Shown: piece by piece, positions 9,781 through 17,668 of the stretch
How positions within the stretch are numbered: the first letter of the stretch is position 1
Layout of the letters: each line of letters begins with the position of its first letter
Assembly: GCA_002416285.1 (NCBI GenBank)
Contig: DICM01000020.1
Location: 26,597 to 90,596, forward strand
DNA length: 64,000 bases
From: Bacillales bacterium UBA5026
Lineage (GTDB): Bacteria > Bacillota_I > Bacilli_A > RF39 > UBA660
Reading direction: 5' to 3'
Made by a program: the position numbers and the translations under genes
Notes under the pieces: generated by a model
Databases searched by the model: none
Seen by the model: the letters and a program-made list of their open reading frames with translations, nothing else
What the model was told of the DNA's origin: nothing

Positions 9781-11937
9781 TCACCTTTCTATTAAGGATA
9801 GATTTACTCTTCCCCTATCAATATTTATATCATCAACATAGCAATCCACAATATCTCCAACACTAACTACTTCACTTGGATGTTTGATATATTGATTGCT
9901 TAATTTTGAAATGTGGGCTAAACCATCATCGTGCAAGCCAATATCAATAAACGCACCAAAGTCGACAACATTGCGAACAGTACCTTGTAATTTCATACCA
10001 ATCTTCAAATCTTCAATATGTAAAATATCACTTTTTAAAAGAGGTTTAGGCATATCATCACGTGGATCACGATTTGGTTTCTGTAAAGATCCAATCATAT
10101 CCTCTAATGTATAGTGATCTATTCCAATCTTCTTACCTAAATCAGCATTAACCATAGATAATTTTTGCTTGCCATCTTCCGTTATCACATCATTTGCAGC
10201 CATATTTAGTTCTTTTAATAGCCGTTCGGTAGCTTGATAACTTTCTGGGTGAATAGCTGTACGATCTAGAATATTTTCAGCATCTGGAATTCTCAAGAAC
10301 CCAATAGCTTGCTCGTATACTTTATCACTCAAAATCTTTTTCTTTTTAAGTTCTGCTCTAGATTTAAATTTTCCTTGCTGATCACGATACTCTAATATTT
10401 TATCAATATTTCGTTTCGTAATACCAGAAACATATTTTAACAAAGAGGCACTAGCTGTATTTATATTAACACCTACACTATTAACTGCTTTTGAAACGAC
10501 AAAGTCTAAAGACTCAGTCAACTTCTTATTTGAAACATCATGTTGATAAAGTCCAACACCAATACTCTCTGGATCAATTTTTACAAGTTCGGATAATGGA
10601 TCTTGTAGTCTTCTTCCAATACTGATAGCGCTTCTTTCCTCTACATGTAAATCTGGGAACTCTTCTATGGCTAATTTAGAAGCCGAATATACACTCGCAC
10701 CAGCCTCGCTAACAATCAAGTACTCAACTTTTCGTGACGCATCTTTAATAACATCAACAATAAATGCTTCACTTTCTCTAGATGCAGTTCCATTTCCAAT
10801 TGCTATTAAATCAATTTTATAATGCTCAATTAAATCTAACACGATCTTTTTTGCTTCCCCATATTTTTTATGTGGTTCATGAGGGTAGATTACTTTTATT
10901 GCTAGTTTTTTTCCTGTTGGATCAATAACTGCTAACTTGCATCCTGTTCGGTAAGCTGGATCAAATCCAAGCACCATTTTATCTTTCATCGGTGGTTGTA
11001 ATAACAATTTTTCTAAGTTGTTTCCAAAGTTTTCAATTGCAACTAGTTCAGCCTTTTCAGTTAATTCACTTCTGATTTCTCGCTCAATACTTGGATAAAT
11101 CAATCTTTTATAACTGTCAGAAATCGCTTCTTTTACCAAAGGTACTACAAAAGAATCAGCATTTTTAGTAACTTTAGATTCAAGATATTCAATAATAAAA
11201 TCGGTATTGCTTTCAACATTTACAGAAATTACTTTCTCTTTCTCAGCTCGATTAATAGCTAAAATACGATGTGGCTTTACTGCTTTAACTGGCTCCTCAT
11301 AAGAATAATACATTTCATATGTTTTATTTTCGTCCACTGCATCTTTTTTGACAGCAGTTTTTAAAATTCCATTTCGGTAAATTTCTCTTCTGATCCATTT
11401 TCGATAAAAGGCATTATCACTAACCCATTCAGCAATAATATATTTCGCACCTGTTAATGCATCTTCTATTGTTGGAACTTTCTCACTTATAAATGAAGTT
11501 GCCATTTTTTCAAGAGCTCCTTCTACTGGAAAAGACATTATCATTTTAGCAAGTGGTTCTAATCCATTTTGAATCGCATCTGTTGCTTTTGTTTTTTTCT
11601 TTTCTTTATATGGACGATATAAATCTTCCACTTCGACCAATTTTTCTGCGTTCATAATCGATTGCCTTAATTCATCAGTCAAGAGTCCTTTTTCATCAAT
11701 TAATCGAATGACATCTTCTTTTCGTTTTAATAAATTAATTTGATATTCATATACATCACTAATTTTGCGAATTTGTTCTTCGTCTAGATTTCCTGTTACT
11801 TCTTTTCGGTATCTTGCAATAAAAGGAATTGTATTCCCTTCAGACAGTAGTTTTAATGTTGCTTCTATCTGATTTTCTCCAATATTTTCTTTTTTACTAA
11901 TTTCATTAATAATTGTAGTGTTCAAACTATCACTCAT
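9781..11937 (-). CDS. tex: Tex transcription accessory protein (S1 RNA-binding domain)
   Basis: IPFIARYRKEVTGNLDEEQIRKI N-terminal signature, a YqgF/RuvC-like centre, a HhH region and a C-terminal S1 domain (GTVRNVVDFGAFIDIG...GLAHISKLS). Confidence 0.95.
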   Translation of the reverse strand: MSDSLNTTIINEISKKENIGENQIEATLKLLSEGNTIPFIARYRKEVTGNLDEEQIRKISDVYEYQINLLKRKEDVIRLIDEKGLLTDELRQSIMNAEKLVEVEDLYRPYKEKKKTKATDAIQNGLEPLAKMIMSFPVEGALEKMATSFISEKVPTIEDALTGAKYIIAEWVSDNAFYRKWIRREIYRNGILKTAVKKDAVDENKTYEMYYSYEEPVKAVKPHRILAINRAEKEKVISVNVESNTDFIIEYLESKVTKNADSFVVPLVKEAISDSYKRLIYPSIEREIRSELTEKAELVAIENFGNNLEKLLLQPPMKDKMVLGFDPAYRTGCKLAVIDPTGKKLAIKVIYPHEPHKKYGEAKKIVLDLIEHYKIDLIAIGNGTASRESEAFIVDVIKDASRKVEYLIVSEAGASVYSASKLAIEEFPDLHVEERSAISIGRRLQDPLSELVKIDPESIGVGLYQHDVSNKKLTESLDFVVSKAVNSVGVNINTASASLLKYVSGITKRNIDKILEYRDQQGKFKSRAELKKKKILSDKVYEQAIGFLRIPDAENILDRTAIHPESYQATERLLKELNMAANDVITEDGKQKLSMVNADLGKKIGIDHYTLEDMIGSLQKPNRDPRDDMPKPLLKSDILHIEDLKIGMKLQGTVRNVVDFGAFIDIGLHDDGLAHISKLSNQYIKHPSEVVSVGDIVDCYVDDINIDRGRVNLSLIER

Positions 11938-11992
11938 TTCTACTCTTCTATAAGTATAACATGTTTCCTTTTATGTGTAAATTAATATACTA

Positions 11993-12028
11993 CTTAGATT
12001 GAATATACTTCTTAGATTGAATATACTT
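11993..12028. repeat. perfect 18-bp tandem duplication (cttagattgaatatactt x2)
   Basis: 11993-12010 is identical to 12011-12028. It lies in the intergenic region between the J-domain gene stop and the tex start. Confidence 0.9.
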
Positions 12029-12104
12029 CCAAAAGTATGCTGTTGCAAAAGGAAAAGAAATCTTCTCGATTCCTTTTAAAAATTATTGACTATTATTTAT
12101 ATTT

Positions 12105-12776
12105 TTATGCCCTTCTAGATACATTTCTCTGTTCTGTAAGAGGTGTATTGATATTCTGTAGAGCATTCATGTATGCTGTATAGTAATTAATGATCATATC
12201 TTTATCTAAATCTTTATATATTTGATGCATATAAGCTAACAAAATAGAGAAAATTTCTTGTTCGTAAATCTCTTTTACCATATTAGCATATATATGTTGG
12301 TTCCTCCAAGTTTTATCTTCTTGAGATTGTTTTTCTGTTGTTGTATTTTCATCTGCACTATTAATTGTAGCCTTGCTTTCACTTTGTTGAAATTTAAAAT
12401 TATTGAAAAAAGCATTCTTTTCTTCTCTCTTTTGATCTCTTTTGGCCTGTTCAGAATCACTATATCTTCTATCGTAATCTTCATAGTGATAGTTAGTACT
12501 TTGAGTTTTAGATTCTTCTTTGTCAGATTCTTTTTCTTGAGTTACATTCATACTTTCTTTAGCAGTATATTCATAATAATTTTCTGATATTGTTGTATAA
12601 GCTTGATTAATTGACTGCATGTTCTTTTTAGCTTGCTCAACCTCTTCTGGTCCTCCCTTTTCATGAGCATCTGGATGCCATTCTTTGGCTTTCTTTCTAT
12701 AAGCTTTTTTAATAGAGTCAATGTCAACTTGGGTTGAATCCATTCCTAATTTTTCACAGCATTGTTCAAAACTCAT
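12105..12776 (-). CDS. J-domain (DnaJ-like) protein with low-complexity acidic tail
   Basis: IKKAYRKKAKEWHPDAHEKGG contains the HPD motif of J domains. The remainder is E/K/Q-rich, with no zinc-finger or DnaJ C-terminal domain. Confidence 0.8.
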   Translation of the reverse strand: MSFEQCCEKLGMDSTQVDIDSIKKAYRKKAKEWHPDAHEKGGPEEVEQAKKNMQSINQAYTTISENYYEYTAKESMNVTQEKESDKEESKTQSTNYHYEDYDRRYSDSEQAKRDQKREEKNAFFNNFKFQQSESKATINSADENTTTEKQSQEDKTWRNQHIYANMVKEIYEQEIFSILLAYMHQIYKDLDKDMIINYYTAYMNALQNINTPLTEQRNVSRRA

Positions 12777-12855
12777 TTTTATCCTTCTTTCTACTTATCG
12801 TATTTCTATTTAATCTATAGTCATAGCTTTAATAATTTTTAAATTTCCACATCAA

Positions 12856-15120
12856 TTAAATACGGAAGATTTGTACATAAACAGTTCCGCTGTAATAGTA
12901 ATTTTCTTGCTTACAAGAATTCATAGACTTATAACTATAATAATCATATAATCTATACAAACCAACTCTTAAACCAGGTAAAAATATGGCTTGTCGATTG
13001 AATTTCTTTAAATAATTATCATTACAAATACTAAGATTTATATCTCCTGTATTTGTTCTATTACATGATCCGAAACCTCTAAAGTCCTGAATATCATTTC
13101 CAGCTCCAAAGAGAAAAGCCGTATATCCCCATTTATCCCAAGAACTCCCTGTATCATCATAATCACCAAATCCATCATATCCATCATAAGTTGATGAATA
13201 TGACTGGGTAGTACTTGCGCTCAATACTAATACTTTTCCATTATAGATGGTTCCTGATACAAACTGTTCATATTGCCCACTACAAGCTGGTTTAGCACAT
13301 GTCTTATCATTACTCGCAGTATCTTTTTGCGTATAACAAGTACAACTTCCACTTTTTCCGTTCCCAGATACAAAAGTATATCGACTACTTTGTTTTAATG
13401 CTGTCCACGCTGCATCGCTATTTCTTAAAATACTGGATGTAACTTTTGCACAATCATACATTGCATTGCGGAATTGTTGATATTCAATATAGTTTTTAAA
13501 TAAAGCTGTGTTATTTACAATAGCTTGGAAAGCTGCTGCATCACAAGCTTTGCTTTTTGACCAGTCATAGTTGTCCGGATTATCACAACTTCCTGTATTA
13601 CAACTTTGGGATTGTGTATAACTTCCACAATAGGATCCATCATAATTTGATTTCTTATGAACCGTTCGATATTGTACTCCGCCTCCACATGTCTTACTAC
13701 ATGCTCCCCATGCATCCCACTGATAATCTACTGTTGAGCTACAACAAGTTTGAGTATTGCAACTTTGACTACCTGTTGTCGTCGAACAAACTTTAGAAGT
13801 TTTATTATCTTTTACGGTTTCACTTCTACTTTGGGTTCCTCCACCACATGCCTTGCTACAACTTCCCCAACTTCCATACGAGATAGTTGTATTTCCACTT
13901 CCACACTCATTATAAAGAACGTAATTAATAGAGCGATTTACTTTATTCCCAATCGGATCCATATAAGTAATATAGATTGTTTTGGTCTCCCCATTAATCG
14001 TTCCTCCAACATTCCATGCCTTATTGGTATTATAGATTTCCCATATACCATCTTTCTCATATCCAGTATTACTAATATACATCTGAATAATCGCACCTGA
14101 ATTATCCTTGACATCAGAAACAATAGTAATAGTAGGTACATTATAAGATATATTTGTTGATTTGACTATCAAAGTATTAATTACTGGTGGTTCTAAATCA
14201 ATTTGGCTAATCGTTAAAGTGGATGGACTTGTATCATTAAATCCATCACTCGTAATTGCTTCTATAGATCCATTACTTTCAAATAAAACTTCAAGCTTTG
14301 TTCCTTCTATCTTTATTTTTTGTCCAATTGGAATAACCTGTCCATTCATTTTAGCGACACCACTATATAATCTGATATAATTTTCTACATTGCTCGGATA
14401 GGTAATCACAACTGTTTTCGTTTTTGTCCAACCACTGGGGCTGACACTATAGGATGCGGTTGGTAATTCTTTAGTTACGGCATCAATCGTTTTTTCAGTG
14501 ACTTTATCGATACGATTGGTAACTCTTACATGAACTTCATATTTGCGACTGAATCTTAATGATTCAAACTTATAGGTATCCTCATTACTTTTTATCCAAT
14601 TTTCTTCATTCCCACAATTTTCAATACAATAGGAATATCCAGTAATTCCTGTATCATCATTAGCGGTTGCTTTGATTGTTGCACTTCTAGTAGTTGTATC
14701 AATAACCTCTAAAGATAGTGCCGCATATAAATCTTTTTGATTACTACAGTCACCCTTTGTCACTGTAAGTCCATTTTTAGATCCTGTTGCACAATAATGC
14801 CCATCGGTAAAACTTTTTAAAATATATTCTTCTTTCGTATTTTGAAAGACGAGTCCTTGGACTTTGTCCTTATTCTTAATATCTAAATTTTTAATATTGA
14901 AACCATCTTTAGATAGAGTCTCATTTTTACTTACGTAAAGATTTGCGGCATCAATTGTATTTTTTGCACTAGCAATAAAGGTATTCCTTTTCGCATTTTC
15001 AATTTGGTTTACTACCAATGGTGTTACAACTAAAGTAATAACTGCGATAATTAAAATTACAGCTAAAAGTTCTACTAAAGTAAAACCACGAATTTTATTT
15101 TCCTTACTTTTATTTTTCAT
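12856..15120 (-). CDS. giant type IV pilin-like protein with FN3/Ig-like modules, two thrombospondin type-1 repeats and a Cys-rich C-terminal domain
   Basis: Prepilin signal MKNKSKENKIRG|FTLVELLAVILIIAVI (Glu at +5). Pilin-like Cys loop HYCATGSKNGLTVTKGDC. TSR signatures SWGSCSKACGGGTQSRS and WDAWGACSKTCGGGVQYRT (residues about 405-512, nt 13585-13908). AGGTGG RBS. Confidence 0.8.
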   Translation of the reverse strand: MKNKSKENKIRGFTLVELLAVILIIAVITLVVTPLVVNQIENAKRNTFIASAKNTIDAANLYVSKNETLSKDGFNIKNLDIKNKDKVQGLVFQNTKEEYILKSFTDGHYCATGSKNGLTVTKGDCSNQKDLYAALSLEVIDTTTRSATIKATANDDTGITGYSYCIENCGNEENWIKSNEDTYKFESLRFSRKYEVHVRVTNRIDKVTEKTIDAVTKELPTASYSVSPSGWTKTKTVVITYPSNVENYIRLYSGVAKMNGQVIPIGQKIKIEGTKLEVLFESNGSIEAITSDGFNDTSPSTLTISQIDLEPPVINTLIVKSTNISYNVPTITIVSDVKDNSGAIIQMYISNTGYEKDGIWEIYNTNKAWNVGGTINGETKTIYITYMDPIGNKVNRSINYVLYNECGSGNTTISYGSWGSCSKACGGGTQSRSETVKDNKTSKVCSTTTGSQSCNTQTCCSSTVDYQWDAWGACSKTCGGGVQYRTVHKKSNYDGSYCGSYTQSQSCNTGSCDNPDNYDWSKSKACDAAAFQAIVNNTALFKNYIEYQQFRNAMYDCAKVTSSILRNSDAAWTALKQSSRYTFVSGNGKSGSCTCYTQKDTASNDKTCAKPACSGQYEQFVSGTIYNGKVLVLSASTTQSYSSTYDGYDGFGDYDDTGSSWDKWGYTAFLFGAGNDIQDFRGFGSCNRTNTGDINLSICNDNYLKKFNRQAIFLPGLRVGLYRLYDYYSYKSMNSCKQENYYYSGTVYVQIFRI

Positions 15121-15162
15121 ATTACCACCTATCTTACTATTATATTCTTATTATTATATTTT

Positions 15163-15191
15163 ATTTTACAGTAGTTATCCTTTATAGTCAA
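15163..15191 (-). promoter_or_regulatory. sigma-A type promoter of downstream TSR-pilin gene
   Basis: Minus strand reads TTGACT (15186-15191)-17 nt-TAAAAT (15163-15168). The same architecture is conserved upstream of the paralog. Confidence 0.7.
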
Positions 15192-15291
15192 ATAAAAGGC
15201 ATTCAAATTTATTTAATAAAATTATTTTAATCAGAAATTTTTATACTAACAAAAATAATAATAATCTAATGGTTTTTATTTTATCAGTATG

Positions 15292-15324
15292 AAATAAAAA
15301 AGATTGAATTTTCTATTCAATCTT
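15292..15324 (-). terminator. intrinsic terminator after upstream TSR-pilin gene
   Basis: 10-bp perfect stem AAGATTGAAT/ATTCAATCTT (15300-15309/15315-15324), followed by TTTTATTT on the minus strand. Confidence 0.85.
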
Positions 15325-15332
15325 TTCCTTAA

Positions 15333-17588
15333 TTAAATAATAAATATTTGCACATAAACAGTAGCATTATAATAGTGATTTTCAATCTTAGACCCAGACT
15401 TTCCGTTATCATAATCATAGTACCAATATAGTCCAACTCTTAGATTAGGTAAAAATAAGGATTGCCTGTTATATCGTTCTGCCCAAGTTCCACTACAAAC
15501 ATTTAGATCAAGATTTCCGTTAGTAGTACGATTACATGAACCCCATCCACGATAAGAATCGACTTTATAAGAAGATCCGAGTAAGAAATAAGATCGGTAA
15601 GTATAATCTACTGATTTTGTTTCGTTATCTGCTTTTCCAAATCCATCATCATCATACTTTGTACCTAAGTAGCGGTCTGTACTAGCACTCAACACTAAAA
15701 CTCTTCCACCATAAATAATTCCAGAAGAAAACTGATCATAAGCTCCAGCACAAGCTGGCTTTTGACAATTTTTATACGCACTACTAGAATTACTGTTGTA
15801 TTTACAAGTACAACTTGTAGCACTACCATTCCCTGATACTAACGAATAACGACTACTTTGCTTTAGCGCATTCCATGCTCCATCAGTATTCCTTAAAATA
15901 TTAGCTGTTACATTTGCACAATCATACATCGCATTTCGAAATTGTTGATGTTCGATATAATTTTTAAACAGAGTGGTATTATTAGCTATCGCTTGAAAAG
16001 CTGCTGCATCACAAGCTTTACTCTTTGACCAATCATAGTTGTCAGGATTATCACAGCTTCCTGTATTACAACTTTGTGATTGTGTATAGCTTCCACAATA
16101 GGATCCATCATAATTTGATTTCTTATGAACCGTTCGATATTGTACTCCGCCTCCACATATCTTACTACATGCTCCCCATGCATCCCACTGATAATCTACT
16201 GTTGAACTACAGCAAGTTTGGGTATTACAGCTTTGCGTACCTGTCGATGTAGAACAAACTTTAGAAGTTTTATTATCTTTCACAGTCTCACTTCTACTTT
16301 GTGTTCCTCCGCCGCAAGCTTTACTACAACTTCCCCAACTTCCGTAAGACGTGGTTGTATTTCCACTTCCACATTCGTTATAAAGAACATAATTAACAGA
16401 ACGATTTACTTTATTTCCAATCGGATCCATATAGGTAATATAAACCGTTTTTGTCTCTCCATTAATAGTTCCACCGACGTTCCACGCTTTATTAGTATTA
16501 TAAATCTCCCAAATACCATCTTTCTCATAACCAGTATTGCTAATATACATTTGTATTATCGCACCTGAATTATCTTTTACATCAGAGACAATGGTAGTAG
16601 TAGGAACATTATAAGATGCATTTGTTGATTTAACAGTTAAAGTATTAATAACCGGTGGCTCTAGATCAATTTGACTAATGGTCAAGGTTGATGGACTTGT
16701 GTCATTGAAACCATCACTAGTAATTGCTTCTATAGAACCATTCGTTTCAAATAAAACTTCAAGTGTTGTTCCCTCTATTCGTATCTTTTCTCCAATTGGA
16801 ATAACCTGTCCATTCATTTTCGCAACACCACTATATAATCTTATATAGTTTTCTACATTGCTCGGATAGGTAATGACAACTGTTTTTGTTTTTGTCCAAC
16901 CACTGGGGCTGACACTATAGGATGCAGTTGGTAACTCTTTTGTCACTGCATCAATCGTTTTTTCAGTGACCTTATCAATACGATTCGTTACTCTTACGTG
17001 AACTTCATATTTACGACTGAACTTTAAAGACTCAAATTTATAGATATCCTCATTACTTTTTATCCAATTAGCTTCATTCCCACAGTCTTCAATACAATAG
17101 GAATATCCGGTAATCCCGGTATCATCGCTAGCTGTTGCTTTTATTGTCGCACTTCTCGTAGTTGTATCAAGCACTTCTAAAGATAGTGCTGCATATAAAT
17201 CTGTTTGATCACTACAGTTTCCCTTTGTTACCAAAAGTCCATTCTTAGACCCTGTCGCACAATAATGTCCATCTGTAAAGCTTTTTAAAATATATTCTTC
17301 TTTCGTATTTTGAAATACAAGCCCTTGCACTTTATCTTTATTCTTAATATCTAAATTTTTAATATTGAAGCCATCTTCAGGTAATGACGCATTCTTACTT
17401 ACATAAAGATTTGCGGCATCAATAGTATTCTTCGCACTGGCAATAAATGTATTCTTTTTCGCATTTTCAATTTGGTTTAATACTAATGGTGTTACAACTA
17501 AAGCAATTACTGCAATAATTAAAATTACAGCTAAAAGCTCTACCAAAGTAAAACCTAAAATTCTCTTTCTCATAATTTTCTTTCTCAT
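15333..17588 (-). CDS. giant type IV pilin-like protein, paralog of 12856..15120 (two TSP1 repeats, divergent C-terminal domain)
   Basis: The ORF track begins at 17645, but that extension overlaps the promoter. ATG at 17588 gives MRKKIMRKRILG|FTLVELLAVILIIAVI, a 12-aa leader of the same length as the paralog, behind an AGGTGA RBS. TSRs at nt 16053-16376. Confidence 0.8.
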   Translation of the reverse strand: MRKKIMRKRILGFTLVELLAVILIIAVIALVVTPLVLNQIENAKKNTFIASAKNTIDAANLYVSKNASLPEDGFNIKNLDIKNKDKVQGLVFQNTKEEYILKSFTDGHYCATGSKNGLLVTKGNCSDQTDLYAALSLEVLDTTTRSATIKATASDDTGITGYSYCIEDCGNEANWIKSNEDIYKFESLKFSRKYEVHVRVTNRIDKVTEKTIDAVTKELPTASYSVSPSGWTKTKTVVITYPSNVENYIRLYSGVAKMNGQVIPIGEKIRIEGTTLEVLFETNGSIEAITSDGFNDTSPSTLTISQIDLEPPVINTLTVKSTNASYNVPTTTIVSDVKDNSGAIIQMYISNTGYEKDGIWEIYNTNKAWNVGGTINGETKTVYITYMDPIGNKVNRSVNYVLYNECGSGNTTTSYGSWGSCSKACGGGTQSRSETVKDNKTSKVCSTSTGTQSCNTQTCCSSTVDYQWDAWGACSKICGGGVQYRTVHKKSNYDGSYCGSYTQSQSCNTGSCDNPDNYDWSKSKACDAAAFQAIANNTTLFKNYIEHQQFRNAMYDCANVTANILRNTDGAWNALKQSSRYSLVSGNGSATSCTCKYNSNSSSAYKNCQKPACAGAYDQFSSGIIYGGRVLVLSASTDRYLGTKYDDDGFGKADNETKSVDYTYRSYFLLGSSYKVDSYRGWGSCNRTTNGNLDLNVCSGTWAERYNRQSLFLPNLRVGLYWYYDYDNGKSGSKIENHYYNATVYVQIFII

Positions 17589-17616
17589 ATCTTCACCTAT
17601 CTTACTATTACATTTT

Positions 17617-17645
17617 ATTTTACAGTAGTTACCATTTATAGTCAA
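17617..17645 (-). promoter_or_regulatory. sigma-A type promoter of upstream TSR-pilin gene
   Basis: Minus strand reads TTGACT (17640-17645)-17 nt-TAAAAT (17617-17622). It sits directly after the polA terminator. Confidence 0.7.
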
Positions 17646-17647
17646 AC

Positions 17648-17668
17648 AAAAAAGTGGATTAATCCACT
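17648..17668 (-). terminator. intrinsic terminator of polA (overlaps stop codon)
   Basis: AGTGGA-TTAA-TCCACT hairpin (17653-17668), followed by TTTTT on the minus strand. Confidence 0.65.

Noticed and set aside
13515-14380. Alternative-frame and antisense ORFs inside the TSR-pilin genes that are 'conserved' between the two paralogs (13515-13715/15986-16183, 13557-13796/16025-16252, 13750-14100/16218-16568).
   Set aside because: Their conservation is explained by the DNA duplication itself. The main frame has the coherent domain structure, so there is no independent support for overlapping genes.
17589-17645. N-terminal 19 codons of the track ORF 15333..17645 (MTINGNYCKIKCNSKIGED).
   Set aside because: This stretch overlaps the -35/-10 promoter conserved with the paralog. 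The internal ATG at 17588 gives a canonical 12-aa prepilin leader with an RBS.
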